Shown in pieces: positions 15,420 through 36,264 of a DNA stretch of 64,000 bases (within the stretch, counting starts at the first letter, position 1; every line of letters starts with the position of its first letter). The translations under genes and the position numbers were made by a program. The stretch is from the human T2T-CHM13v2.0 reference genome, Homo sapiens, in assembly GCF_009914755.1 (NCBI RefSeq), contig NC_060928.1, one strand, 5' to 3'. A model generated the notes under the pieces. It had not been told where the DNA came from. It did no database searches and was given only the letters and a program-made list of their open reading frames with translations.

Positions 15420-15811
15420 TCCATATGAATTTTAAAATAGTTTTTTTTTCTAATTTTGTGAAGAATGTCATTGGTAGTTCGATAGGAATAGCATTAAGTC
15501 TATAAATTGCTTTGGGCAGTATGGCCATTTTAACAATATTGATTTCCTTCCACTCATGAACATGGAATATTTTTCCGTTTGTTTGTGTCATTTCTGATTT
15601 CTTCGAGCAGTGTTTGTAATTATCATTGTAGAGATCTTTCACTTTCCTAGTTAGTTTTATTCTTAGGTATTTTATTCTTTTCACAGCTATTGTGAATGGG
15701 ATTGCTTCTTGATTTGGCTCTCAGCTTGGATGTTGTTTATGTATATGAATGCTACTGACTTTTGTGCATTGATTTTGTATCCTGAAGCATTGCTAAAGTT
15801 GTTTATTAGAT

Positions 15812-16172
15812 TGTATTAGTCCATGTTCATACTGCTATAAAGAACCACCCAAGACTGGGCAATTTATAAAGAAAAAAGGTTTAGTTGACTCAGTTCATCA
15901 TGGCTGGGGAGGCCTGGGGAAACTTACAATCATGGTAGAAGGCAAAGGGGAAGCAAGGCACCTTCTTCACAAGGCAGCAGGAAGGAGAAGTGCCCAGTGA
16001 AGGGGGAAGTACCCCTTATAAAACCATCAGATCTCGTGAGAACTCACTATCATAACAGCATGGGAGAAACTGCCCCCGTTATTCAATTACCTCCACCTGG
16101 TCTCTCCCTTGACACGTGGGGATTACAATTCAACATGAGATTTGGGTGGGGACGCAAAGCCTAACCATATCA
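15812..16172 (-). mobile_element. THE1 (MaLR) solo LTR
   Basis: TGTATTAGTCC...AACCATATCA; 5-bp TSD TAGAT/CAGAT. Confidence 0.88.
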
Positions 16173-18775
16173 CAGATCAAGGAGCTTTTGGGCAGAGATT
16201 ATGGGATTTTCCTAGATATAGAATTGTATCTCACCTACAAACAGGCAGAGTTTGACTTCCTTTTTTCCTATATGGATGCCTTTTATTTCTTTCTCTTGCC
16301 TGGTTGCTCTGGCTAGGATTTCCAGTACTGTGTTGAATAGTTGTGAGAGAGGGCATCCTTGTTTTGTGCCAGTTTTCAAGGGGAATGCTTCCAGCTTTTG
16401 CCCATTCAGTATTACATTGGCTGTGGGTTTTTCATAGATGGCTCTATTATTTTGAAGTATGTTCCTTCGACGCCTAGTGTGTTGAGAGTTTTTAACCTGA
16501 AGAGATGTTGAATTTTATTGAAAGCCTTTTCTGCATTTATTGAGATGATCATGTGGTTTTTGTTTTTAGTTCTGTTTCTGTGATGAATCATATTTATTGA
16601 TTTGCGTATGTTGAACCAACCTTATATCCCAGGTATAAAGCCTACTTGACTGTGGTGGATTAGGTTTTTGATGTGCTACTGAGTTCAGTTTGCTAGTATT
16701 TTGTTGAGGATTTTTACATCTATGTTCATTAAGGGCACTGGCCTGAAGTTTTCATTTTTGTGGTGTCTCTGCCAGGTTTTGGTATCAGGGTGATGCTGGC
16801 CTCATTGAATGAGTTAGGGAGGAGTCCCCCCTCCTCAATTTTTTTGGAATAGTTTCAGTAGGAATGGTACCAGCTCTTAATATATCTGGCAGAATTTGGC
16901 TGTGATTCTGTCTGGTCCTGGGCTTATTCTTGTTGTTAGGCTTTTATTACTGATTCAATTTTGGAACTCCTTATTGGTCTGGTCAGGGATTCAATTTCTT
17001 CCTGGTTCAATCTTGGGAGGTTGTATTTCCAGGAATTTATCCATTTCTTCTAGGTTTTACAACTTCTGTACCTAGGAGTATTCATAGTAGTCTCTGAGGG
17101 TTTTTTTGTATTTCTGTATAGTTAGTGGTTACCCTTTGTCATCGCTGATTGTGTTTATTTGGATCTTCTCTTTTTTCATTAGTCTAGCTATGTGGTCTAT
17201 CTATCTCATTTATTCTTTCAAAGAACCAGTTCTTGGATTCGCTGATCTTTTGTATTTTTTTTGCATCTCCATTTCCTTCCTTTCAGCTCTGATTTTGGTT
17301 ATTTCTTTTATTCTGCTGGCTTTGGGGTTGGTTTGCCCTCATTTCTCTAGTTCCTCTACATGTGATGTTAGGTGGTTAATTTGAGGTCTTTCTAACTTTT
17401 TGATTGGGCATTTTGCACCATAAGCTTCCCTCTTGACATTGCTTTAACTGTGTCCCAGAGATTCTGGTATTTTGTATCTCTGTTCTCATTAGTTTCAAAG
17501 TATTTCTTGATTTCTGCTTTAATTTGATTGTTTACCAAATAGTCATTCAGGAGCAGTTTGTTCAATTTTCATGTAATGGTATGGTTTTGAACAATTTTCT
17601 TAGTATTGATTTCTATACTAATTGTGCTGTGGTTCAAGAATATGCTTGGTATGATTTCGGTTTTTTTTTAATTTGCTGAGGATTGTTTTATGTCCAATTA
17701 TGTGGTTGATTTTAGAGTATGTGCCATGTGCAAATAAGAATGTATATTCTGTTGTTCGTGGGTGGAGAGTTCTGTAGGTATCTCTTAGGCCCATATGGTC
17801 AGTGTTGAGTTCAGGTCCTGAAAAATCTGTTAGTTTTCTGCCTCAATGATGTGTCTAATATTGTCAGTTGGGTGTTGATGTCTCCCACTGTTATTTTGTG
17901 GTTACCTAAGTCTTTTCATAGGTCTCCATAAACTTGTTTAATGAATCTGCATGTGCTCCTGTGTTGGGAGCATATTTAGGATAGTTAGGTCTTCTTATTC
18001 CCATTACGTAATGCCCTTCTTTGTCTTTTTTGGTCTTTGTTTGTTTAAAGTGTGTCTGAAATTAGAAGAGCAACCCGTGATTTTTGTTTGCTTACCATTT
18101 GCTTGGTAGATTTTTCTCCATCCCTTTACTTTGAGCCTATGGGTGTCACTGCATGTGGGAAAGGTCTCTTGAAGACACCGTGTCATTGAGTCTTGCTTCT
18201 TTATCCAACTTCCCACTCCAGGCCTTTCAATTAGGGCATTTAGCCCATTTACATTCAAGTTTAATATTGATATGTGTGGATTTGATCCTGTCATTTTGTT
18301 GTTAACTGGTTATTTTGCAGACTTGCTTGTGCAGTTGCTTTGTAGTGTCAATGGTCTATGTACCTAAGTGTGATTTTGTAGTGGATGGTAATGATCTATC
18401 TTTTCCATATTTAGCACTCCCTTTAGGACCTCTTATAAGGCAGGCCTGGTGGTAATAAATTCCCTTAGCATTTGCTTGTCTGAAAAAGATCTTAATTCTC
18501 CTTCACTTATGAAGCTTAGTTTGGCTAGGTATAAAATTATTCGTTGGAATTTCTTTTATTTAAGAATGCTGAATATAGGCCCCCAATATCTTCTGGCTTG
18601 TAGGTTTTCTGCTGAAAAGTCCATTGTTAGCCTGATGAGGTTCCCTTTATATGTGACCTGCCCCTTCTCTCTAGCTGCCTGGAAAGTTTTTTCTTTCATT
18701 TCAACCTTTGAGAATCGGATGATTATGTGTCTTGGGGATAGTTACTCAGTCAGACAAAAATAAAGAAAAAGATTA

Positions 18776-19273
<498 letters not shown>

Positions 19274-19513
19274 TAATGAATCCCCTGGTTCAGGACCACA
19301 GAATATCATACTAGTTGGCAATGAGAAATCATTCCCCATTTACCTGAAGACAACCTAAAGCTCTTTGATTTTAGTATGTCTCTCAGAATTGGCTCTATTG
19401 ATGACCGAGATGAATCTTCCCACCAAACTGCTGAGAAGTGAAATCAGAGTTAGGATAAACTTCATTCAAATAACATTGACAAGCTTTCAGACTTTGAGAC
19501 TAATGTTGGAAAG

Positions 19514-19643
19514 CTTCTTTCTTCTTCTTCTTTTCTTCCTCTTCTTCTTCTTTTCTTCTTCTTCTCCCTCTTCCTCTTCCCTTCTTCTTCTTCCCTCCTC
19601 CTCCTCCTCCCCTTCCCCTTCCTCCTCTTCCTCTCCTTCTTCT
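19514..19643. repeat. (CTT)n/(CCT)n polypyrimidine tract
   Basis: About 130 bp containing only C/T on the + strand. Confidence 0.95.
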
Positions 19644-20783
19644 TATCAAAATTCAAAATCCCCATGATACTATAGTCATTCATCTTTTCTCCAGAGTAAG
19701 GGCTATAGACTCCAAGGTTCTTCTGGGTTTCTGCTACTACTGCTGTGTTCACAGCTAGTTCAATGCCTTCTAACAATGCCTTCTGCACAGGACTGCTGAA
19801 GGACTAAGTGGCAAACTGTGCCTGCCACATGGTTAACATTCAGTAAATGGGGCACACTACCATTTGCCCACATAACATCAAAAGAAGTAATGCTTATTTC
19901 TCATAATGGTTAACGCTAAAGTTCATCCAAATGTTAATTTATGACAAGTGTTCTAGGAGCCAAAATATGTTTATTAGGAAAAGTTGTCAGTATATTTGGG
20001 CCTTGATTATCTTACTAAAGTTTGCTAAAGGCTTTCTCCTAGTCTACTTCACTGGCAGGTGGCTAGCAGTCTGGAACAAGTATAATTTAAATAAAAGAAT
20101 AAACAATTAAATCTATTTCAAAGTGAGTTAGAAGCTGAGTGTAACAGGCTCTCCACTTTCTAGTGTCATTTCTGTTACCAGGATAGGTGTTTTAATCTAT
20201 AAATTCTGTGGATAGTCAACCCTAGAGTGCTAGTAGAGTATAGCTGAGGTATGGAGAGGAATCTAAGTTATATTATTCAAATATAATGTTTGGGAGACAA
20301 GAATTTTTGACCCATATGTATTTACACTAACTAAATGCAAACTGTAGTCCAACAGCAATGCTATTTTGATTCTCTGAATTAGAAGAAGGTAGTTGATGGG
20401 AAAGAGGGAGAAATTTACCATAGAAATGATGCTTTCTGAGAAATTATCTTATATGTTATAGAATCTGTAACGTAACCTTCCTTAAACATATTACCAAATG
20501 ATCCTTATAATTTGTGATGACACTGATGATATTACTTAACTTGTTGAATGGGCTAATTGATGTAAGTTAAGTGTTTAGGACAGTAACTGACATATGTTGC
20601 ATAAATATTAGTTTCTGCTTAAAATCTGGATCAAAATCTTTCTCCAAAAATTTTCTGAACCTAAATGTAGCTCACTTGCTACATTTAACAGGATGTTAAA
20701 GGATTCTGCCTTATGTGTTTTCTGAATATGAACTGTCTGATAAAAGGATTAAAGTTCTCCATGTGTATGTGTTTGACATAGCC

Positions 20784-21433
<650 letters not shown>

Positions 21434-21569
21434 TGTTTGATATAGTCTTGAAAATATTTTTCTTTCGTAGAAGAAACCTAACAAACCTACTAAATTTTTA
21501 AATTTATAGATCTGATCTTATAGTCCCATCTCAATGAGCCTCACATCCAAGAAATTTCCAGTTTTTAAA

Positions 21570-22315
21570 AAAAGATTGCACAATTTATTTTCCTTTAATT
21601 TGAAGGTTGTCATGTTCTGTTTAAGACAAAAAGATGGAAACACCAAAAGTTTAAGTGTGATCCATTTATTATTGCTGCCATTTGTGGGTACATTCTCTCA
21701 ATTCTCCTTAAATCCCAGTGATGCTTTTATACTTGCAACACGTGTATCCACCTCTAGCTTCCCTGTGCAGAAATGTTTGGCATTGGAATGTGAGGTATCT
21801 CTCAGGAAACAGAGTGGCAATGGGTAGGATGAAACCTACCCATTGAGAGTTCATGATATTCATTGTGAAATACCACTAGATATAGTCCTTCATTTTATTT
21901 AGAGAGCTTGAAGTTTCTGATTTTATGTAGAACAGAAAAAGAAACACAAATTATACAAAATTTAAGTGCAATCAAAAATAAAAATATATGTTAAATAAAC
22001 GGTTATGGTACAAATTTTGCAAAGCCTTCAGGTGAGCCACAAATAATCTTGGAAATTATTTTAATAAAGTCATTTTGGTTCTTTTTCTTCATTTTCCTTA
22101 AAGTCACCTCTAAAGGTATTTCTCTGTTTATATCATATGTAATCAGCTTTTGGCTAAAGAACAAGTGGTAGTAAATGAAGACTGCCAAAGCCTCAAAAAT
22201 GATATTGAAGAAATGGGGATAATTAGAAAAAACAGAAGTTCAAACATTAAAATTCTGGCACTATTAGATGACATCAACCTAAACCTGGTAAATCAGTTTT
22301 CAGAAAACTAGGTGC
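21570..22315 (-). terminator. HSD17B11: HSD17B11 3'UTR with candidate poly(A) signals
   Basis: Minus-strand AATAAA at 21894-21899, 21665-21670 and 21584-21589; exact cleavage site inferred. Confidence 0.7.
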
Positions 22316-22406
22316 TTATTGCGCTTTCATTTTATATCCAATAACTGCATCAAACTTAACACTGATTTTTTGTTTTAAAACTGCCAGGAAACGCTCAGGA
22401 AGGATC
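22316..22406 (-). CDS. HSD17B11: HSD17B11 exon 7 coding part (91 bp incl. TAA)
   Basis: ttttag|GATCCTTCCTGAG...AAAGCGCAATAA; ILPERFLAVLKQKISVKFDAVIGYKMKAQ*; with paralog-sized exons 1-2 (210+108) the CDS totals 903 nt (300 aa). Confidence 0.94.
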
Positions 22407-22975
22407 CTAAAAGAAAGATATATGCAAATAATTAGAAAATTAATATTAAGTGCATTTGTAGAATACCCTCTTTAGAAATACTTTTAAGTTATCATGTATA
22501 GTCATGTTCATGTTAAATAAGATTAAGCATCTTAAATCTGAGTCACTACTATATATTCTTTCCCATTAAATCTATTTCCTTTTCAAATGGAAAAGAAGGC
22601 TTAGCCTTCTTTACAGTAGAATAACCTGAAGTAGTCAGTTTTTGAAACAAAAGATCTGAGGGAGGAGGTGTAAGAACTGAAGAGTTGAGATACTAAAGAC
22701 TTTACAAAAAGAAACCCGACATTAAAAAGGAAATGAGAATAGGAACTAATTTTGTACTTTATAATGCAGAATATTATTAAAATGTTCCACTAAGAGACTG
22801 CGGAAGTAGAACTGCTAAATAAAAATGCAGACAACGCTTTGGTTTTGAGCATAATGCTGAACCAATTATTTCACCTTTCAGTTTAAATTCCTCACGTGTA
22901 AATGGAAAAATTAACATCTATCCCTCAGTGTTCTTTTGTGGAATCAATGTGTTACTATATTAAATAAAATGTCTT

Positions 22976-23298
<323 letters not shown>

Positions 23299-23524
23299 CT
23301 AGCAGGTCTCATCTCTTTTCTCCAGACACTACACTTAGAATATTTAGGGAGTTGTCACATTCCAGTGGGTCTGGGAGAAAACAAAACAGAATATGTAAAT
23401 CAACATAATAATATACAGAAATCTGCCTAGATGGCATGAAAAGAGGGTTTGGAAATATGACACCAATGTGACCTCATAACAAGAATTAGGGCAATGATAA
23501 TAATAATAGTAGTAGTTATAATAA

Positions 23525-23877
<353 letters not shown>

Positions 23878-24739
23878 TGAGTACTTTAAGAGCATTATTT
23901 TCTTTATTCGTCTCAGCCCTATAAAGTCCAATTGTTTTCTCCATGTTACAGATAAAGAAACTGAACTTCAGATAAGTTAAAAAACTAATCCATGTTCATG
24001 TTGCAAGCAAGTCACACAAACACAGCTTCATTCAACTCCAGAGCACAAACTTTGAGTCTTTATGTTTAAAGGTCTAGAAACTAGAATTAATTTATTCAAT
24101 CAACAAACATTTTGGTGCCTCTAATGTGTCAGTCACTCTTCAAAATGCAGAGCATACAGTGATGAAAACTAGGCAAAATTCCTTCTTCTATAGGTTTATA
24201 TTCTAAGGGGCTGCGATCACTGAGTGCATACTTACGTAACATGACAAGTACAATGCCAGAAACATCACAGGCTTTAACTCGTCTACTCACCAAAGAGATC
24301 CCTGAGCTTTACTATCTAAACCTCCAAGGCATGTTCATCATAGTTTTTAGCAGAAGGGGCAAGAAAGCCTAACATATGTCATGCTTTTCATTTCTTGAGT
24401 TTTTTGCTCTTCGCATCAGTAATTCTCAAAATATAATCTCTGGACCACTGTCTGTGGCAGTTGCCTATTAAAATACAGATTTCCGGTCCAACTCAAACAT
24501 CCATGTTAAAATCTTTAGAAGTGAGATCAAGGGATCTATTTTTAAATAGACTTCCCAAGTGATCCTGATATCCCACTGACTTGGAGAAGCCCAGTCTAGG
24601 ACAGGCAGCAAGAGGCTTTTTCTCCCAGCTGTCCTAAGGCACCTCTCCCCTTTCCCCTCCTTATGTGGCCAGCCTCATTGCCACACAGCTTTCCCAGATG
24701 AGGAATGAAGCAGTGTGTTATGATGAGACATTCGTGAAA

Positions 24740-25075
24740 CTAGTGGTTTCCAATCTTGGCTGGATAATTGAATCACCTAGAAAGTTATTGTATCTCTCAA
24801 AGCCCAGGCCACACTCCAAACCAAGTCAATCAGAATTTGGGGGAGTTGGTCTCAGGCAGCAGCATTTTTTAAACTTCCCAGGTGAATTCCAGTGTGCACC
24901 AAAGTTGAGAGCTACTGCTCCAAAGAAATGCTTCTCAAATTTTAATATGCGTACAAATCATCTAGGAGAACTTATTGAAATGCAAATTCTGACTCAAGAG
25001 ATCAGGAGAGTCTGTATTTCTAACAAACTCCCAGGTAATGTGTGTAGTCCAAGAACCACATTGGAAGAAGCAAGA
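24740..25075. mobile_element. Adjacent MER5A/MER5-like DNA transposon copies
   Basis: AGTGGTTTCCAA...GAATCACCT...TTGAGAGCTACTGC then TGCTTCTCAAA...AAATGCAAATTCTGA...CTAACAAACTCCCAGGT. Confidence 0.7.
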
Positions 25076-25529
25076 CTCAAGGATTTCTAAAATTATAAAA
25101 AAAAATTTAGCAATTCATATACTTCAGTATGATTTTGCACAAAACAAAAGCTCAATGATTATCTGTTGTATCTTTAAATAAATACCTAAAACCTAACTCT
25201 GGTCTCCTTTAATATCATTGTTCTATGATTCCATTATGTAAAGATGCTTAAAAACTATCCTTCTTCAGAGTCATTCATTTATAAGACAAGACTTGCAGAA
25301 ATATACAAATTTCTTTCTTTACAAAAAGTAAAAATGTGTGGAAATTACTCGGTTCATTTACCCAAGAGCTGTATCAATCTTGCCTCAATGTTATTGAGCC
25401 TGTTATTTTTATTAAGTCAATTCCATTTAACTGTACTTTATCAACTGCCTGATTTAAATGTCAGTAAAAAATGCAATAGATAATTGTTATTTTACCTTTC
25501 ATTTCTAAGGTTTCTTAACTGTCACTTAC

Positions 25530-25646
25530 CTTTCCAATGTTGTTAAAAAAGCTATAGAAGATGGAATAAAAATCATCTTCTGCTCAGTCAGAATCCCATG
25601 CATCAGCCTGTTTACCACTTCCTCAGGTTCCAGAGTGGGTCCCAAA
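25530..25646 (-). CDS. HSD17B11: HSD17B11 exon 6 (117 bp)
   Basis: tttcag|TTTGGGACCC...TTGGAAAG|gtaagt; LGPTLEPEEVVNRLMHGILTEQKMIFIPSSIAFLTTLE. Confidence 0.94.
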
Positions 25647-26113
25647 CTGAAATCAGAGTCAGTCTTCAGAAACAAAATACTTCACCGAGGCTTCAGCTTT
25701 AGTTTGGTGCTAACCAACAGCTTTAGTATGGTACAGACACCATAACATAACTGATTTGTAGTGTCTAGCCTAGTATAGGTGCTCAGAAATGGTAGCTACT
25801 TTACCATTGATAATAATAATAACAATCATTCACTTAGTGCTTATCGTGTACCACACACTGTGCTAAACCTTCTACATAGGTTATTCCATTGACGTTTGAC
25901 AATAACTTTATGAAGGCAATATTATAATTCCTATTCCACAAATAAGAATTATAGAAGTAACTAAGATTCAAATATAATTGAGCTAGATTAGGTCTGACAA
26001 CTTTACTTTTAAACTTTAAGCAGTCTCGGGAAAAAAATCAGATACTATTATACAAGTTTTATTATATACTCAGTCTCCTTAGTGAACAATTCCTAAAGCA
26101 TCAGAGGAATTAG

Positions 26114-26506
<393 letters not shown>

Positions 26507-26609
26507 TAGGTTTTGGCTTTGTTACTTAGTTCCATGTTACATCTTTGTTGTGTAATCACTCAAGTATATGTACCACAGACTAGCAGGTGGCCCCCAAAAA
26601 GTGGGTTTT

Positions 26610-26925
26610 AGGCTGGGTGTGACGGTTCAGGCCTGTATCCCCGTAATCCCAGCACTTTGGGAGGCTGAGGCGGGTGGAGCGCTTGAGCCCAGGACTTCGA
26701 GATCAGCCTAGCCATCATGGCAAAATCCTGTCTCTACAAAGAAATACAAAAGAAAATTAGGCAAGAGTGGTGGTGCACTCTTGTAGTGCTAGCTACTCAG
26801 GAGGCTGAGGCTAGAGGATCCTTTGAGCCTGGGAGGCTGAGGCTGCAGTGGGTCATGACTGTTCCACTGCATTCCAGCCTGGACAACAGAGCTAGACCCT
26901 GTCTCTAAATAAATAAATAGATAGA
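26610..26925 (+). mobile_element. AluJ
   Basis: Diverged dimeric Alu. Confidence 0.85.
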
Positions 26926-27139
26926 TAAGTGGCTTAAAAAAATCAGTTACAGAAGTGCAATTAGAGAGGAGCTGCACAAGAGTTAGTACTGAGACTTTTT
27001 AACATTTTATTAATGACTTAGAAAAAATGATACATAATTAAATGTACTCATGAAATTTGCCATGCCACTAAACTATTTGGGTGGCTAACATTTTGGGGAG
27101 GCTTATTTTTAATGTGTGTGTCTAGTTAAAAGAAGTGAG

Positions 27140-27604
<465 letters not shown>

Positions 27605-28560
27605 CTGGATGAAATTCTTTAGAAATAAATAAAGAATAATTCATTCAGAAAAAAAATATATTTTGAAGTAAAACTGGGACAATTGAGAAGTATAATATTG
27701 TATTTAAAAGTGAGCATGATTATTGGATCCATGAAGGAGAGTAGAGCTTAAAAATATATAAGCTTTAATTCTCAGCACAGTTCATTCATTTATTAGAATA
27801 TTGTGTTCACCATGGGACCTTGAAGCAATAGTATTACATATGAAAATCTTGGAGATTTGATAGGAGAGGAAATGTAATAATGAAATCGATGGCTTTTGGC
27901 CTAATGGAAGCAAAAAATCAAAGGCAACGGAAGCTTGCAGCATAAACAGGCAGGGGTATCAAGGAGGATGAATCCAGAAACTGAAGGATGCTATGCCTTG
28001 AAAAGCATTTAGAGGGAAATTCATTTTGTAGCACATTGCTACCAGACTTCAATATTCTCAAGCTCAATGAAAGCTTATAGACACCTGTGTAAATAGAGCA
28101 CTCTCTCATCCACACTGTGGCCTTGCTAACCTACCTATCAAGCGGTGCTGCATTCACCAAACTTTTCTAGTGTACCCGATTTCTTTACCTAAGGTTTTTA
28201 GCCCCTGTCAGATAACTTCTTATTGAAATACAATGACTGTTCAATATCATAATTTTAAAAGCCAAAAGAAAAGGCTTTCAGAAAAAACTCAATTTCTTAG
28301 CAAAATAGTATCTTAATCATTAAAATGTCAGTATGTGGAAACATTTTTTTTCCCAATACGCTAAAGTTAACGAGAGTTACAAATCCCATTAAACAAATGT
28401 TCTTAATGGATTTTGTAGAAACTATCCAAAAACACTTCAAGCCAATCTGCTGGGGTGGGAAAGGAGGGTGCATGTTGGGGTAGAGAAATACTGAGGGGGA
28501 AGGAGTATTTTCGTCTGAAGGATTGTATTTGATGACCTACTTTAACCACTTAAGTAATGA

Positions 28561-28927
<367 letters not shown>

Positions 28928-28949
28928 TAATCTGAAAAATAAGGATAGT

Positions 28950-29123
28950 GCAGTGGTGCAGTGGCAAATGTTTAACCACTGGCTCTCTAGGGGACAAAAA
29001 TCTCAGTTTAGTAGCATTTGTTGATTTCCACAGTGTAAATATTCCCACGACAACTAATTTTAAACTATCTACCTGACATCACTGAATGAGTACTACTATA
29101 TAAGCCAGCACCAGCACTCCACT
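28950..29123 (+). mobile_element. MER63-like hAT DNA transposon
   Basis: CAGTGGTG...AAATGTTTAACCACTGGCTCTC...GTGTAAATATTCCCAC...CACTG. Confidence 0.55.
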
Positions 29124-29494
29124 GGGAATATGACGGTTAAATGGAAATGTATATATACAAGCACTTTATACAGTTACACTAGACAAATGTTACATGAGGC
29201 ATTTTCTTATATAACATCTTTTTATGGTACTAGTCAATAAAACTAATATCTTTCTGTGACACACACATACAAACTCCTAAATTTTTAGAGAAAAAATAAA
29301 TTGTGTTATATATATTACAGATGGGAAATTAGATGTTTTAAAATGATGTTCAACAGAAATAAATCTTGGCTGCCCCCAAAATGATCAGAACACTCAATTA
29401 CACTTAATCTAATAAATTCAGGTTATGCGGCATTGTTTCTATCATTAGTTGGAAAGAGATAATTTATTTCAGGAAAAAAACATTTAACTAAAAA

Positions 29495-31320
29495 TTGCTT
29501 GTGTAGCTAACAAGAGATCCCAAAATATTATACATGAAGCAAAACCTGTCAGAATTAAAGGGAGGGAGACATAAGACAGTTTCAACAATAATAGCCGGGG
29601 ACTTTATTTTCCACTTTCAACAACATATTGAAGAACTAGACAGAAGACCAGCAGAAATAGAAGACTTGAATAACACTATAAATCAACTATACCTAACAGA
29701 TGCCTCACACCATCCCAACAACAGCAGAATACACATTATTCTCAAGAACACATGGAAAATTTTCTCCCAGGTAGACCATACATCAGACCACAAAGCAAAT
29801 CTCAATATGTTTTAAAAGATTAAAGTTATACAAACTATGTTCTCTGACTACAATGGAGTAAAATCAGAAAATAACAGAAGGAAAACTGGAAAACTCACAA
29901 ATATACAGAAATTAAACAGTACCCCTAAATAAGCAATGAGACAAATGAGAAACCACAAGAAATTAGAAAATACTTTGAGGTGAACATAAATGAGAACACA
30001 ACATATCAAGATTTATGGGATGAGGTGAGCATAGTGGCTCAAGCCCATAATCCCAGCACTTTGGAGGCTGAGGCAGGAAGATTGCTTGAGCCCAGGAGTT
30101 TGAGATCAGCCTGGACAACAGAGTGAGACCCTGTCTCTACAAACAATTTTTAAAAATTAGCTGAGTGTGGTGGCACGCACCTGTAGTCCTAGATACTCAG
30201 GAGGCTGAGGCAGGAGGATCACTTGAGCCCAGGGAGGTAGAGGCTGCAGTGAGTTATGACTGCACCAACTGGCACTCCAGCCTGGGTGACAGAGTGAGAT
30301 CCTATCTCAAAATAAATAAATAAACAAATAAAGACTCATGAGGTGCAGTGAAAGCAGTGCTCAGAGGCAAATTTATAGCTGCAAATGCCTGCATTAAAAA
30401 AAGAAGAAGATCTCAAATCAGTAAAGTGAAATTCCACATTAAGAAACTATAGAAACAAAAAATAAAAACAAACCCAAAGCAAGCAGAAAAAAAAGATTGA
30501 AGCACAAATGAATGAATTAGAGGACAGAAAAACTACAGAGAAAATCAATGAAACTTAAAATAGGTTCTTTAAAAAGATAAACAAAATTAGCAAACCTTTA
30601 GCTACACTGACCAAGGCAAAAAGAGAGAAGACTCAAACTACTAAAACCAGGAATGAAAGCAGGGACATTCCTGCTGACCTTACAGAAATAAATAAGATTA
30701 TAATAGAATACTAGGACAATTGCATGCCAACAAATTAGAAACCTACATGAAATATACAAACTCTCAGGAATACACAAACTACCAAAACTGACTCAAGGAA
30801 AAACAGAAAATCTGAGATCTTTAATAAGAGATTGAATCAGCAATCAAGAAACTTCCAGGAAAGAGGAGCCCAGGACTAGATGGCTTCATAATGAATTCTA
30901 CCCAATGTTTAAAAAAGAATTAACACCAATCCTTCAAATTCTCCCAAAAAAATAGAAGAGGAGGAAATTCTTAATTCATTCTCTGAGTCCCGAATTACCC
31001 CGATACTAAAAACAGAGTAAGAGATCACATGAAAACTACTGACCAGTATCTCTTAGGAATATAGATGCAAAAATTCTCAACAAAAGATTGGCAAATTAAA
31101 TCTAGCATTATATTAAAATAACTACATGCCATTATCCCAGGAATACAAAGTGGCTCACCATACACAAAACAGTGAAATATACCATTTTAATAAAATGAAG
31201 GGAAAAAACCTACACCATCATCTCAGTAGGTATCAAAAACGCATTTGACATGATACAACGTTCCTTCGTGATAAAAACACTCAACAAACTAGGAACAGAA
31301 GGGCATTTCTTCAACCTGTT
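29495..31320 (+). mobile_element. Old L1M ORF2 fragment (EN to RT), interrupted by AluJ at 30018-30331
   Basis: Degenerate ORF2 peptide ...TIIAGDF...; AGCCCAGGACTAGATGGCTTCA (PGxDGF); ATAGATGCAAAAATTCTCAAC. Confidence 0.8.
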
Positions 31321-31405
31321 TTATAAGCATTTGTGTAATGCAGTCTGATTTATATAATCAAAATGGAGTAGCAAAGATAGTAGGATTTATTAAATATAAA
31401 AGGAT

Positions 31406-31718
<313 letters not shown>

Positions 31719-32143
31719 TTATTGTTGGCCAATTTAATGATAAAAATATCATATTAATATAACATGGAAGTACTGTTTTTTTCCTATCATACTGGCAAAG
31801 ATTAAAAGTGTGCTAAGCTGGGTGTGGCAGCTCACGCCTATAGCCCAGCTACTTGGGACACTGAGGCAAGATCAGCCTGGGGAACAAAGCAAGACCTTGT
31901 CTCTAAAAGAAAAAATATATATATGTATATTTTTAAAAAATTTTAAAAACTATTTGTTGAAATTCAAGTTTAACAAAAATAACTGAGCTTAAAAAAATAA
32001 TTGGAACACCTGATTTACATTTAATTCCAATAAACCCAGATTATGCTGTATTATACCTTTATAGTAAACAGTAAATTGTATTGATTATTGGGAGCAATAG
32101 CATCTCCTAGTGATGATTTTAGGGTTGTTTTTAGTATTCTGGA

Positions 32144-32175
<32 letters not shown>

Positions 32176-32381
32176 TATTATACTCTAAGTTTTAGGGTAC
32201 ATGTGCACATTGTGCAGGTTAGTTACATATGTATACATGTGCCATGCTGGTGCGCTGCACCCACTAATGTGTCATCTAGCATTAGGTATATCTCCCAATG
32301 CTATCCCTCCCCACTCCCCCGACCCCACCACAGTCCCCAGAGTGTGATATTCCCCTTCCTGTGTCCATGTGATCTCATTGT

Positions 32382-36225
<3,844 letters not shown>

Positions 36226-36264
36226 TCATTAGTTGATGCAGTTTCTTCCTAGTCTCGATGGTCT

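Larger units (their letters stand above)
14800..18740 (-). mobile_element. Old primate L1 (L1PA/PB), degenerate, 5'-truncated in ORF1, interrupted by Alu and THE1
   Basis: Colinear with the L1HS in this window; broken ORF2 pieces MTGSNPHISIL... (18004-18294) and ...[14 protein letters not shown]... (15370-15684). Confidence 0.9.

Noticed and set aside
19365-19788. Ser-rich and Arg/Glu/Lys-rich ORFs
   Set aside because: Artefacts of the CTT/CCT repeat.
20662-20687. 10-bp inverted repeat TAAATGTAGC/GCTACATTTA (also a 7-bp hairpin near 56204)
   Set aside because: Short, AT-rich and without context; plausible by chance.
24665-25090. 141-aa ORF
   Set aside because: Non-ATG start running across MER5 remnants; no recognisable domain.
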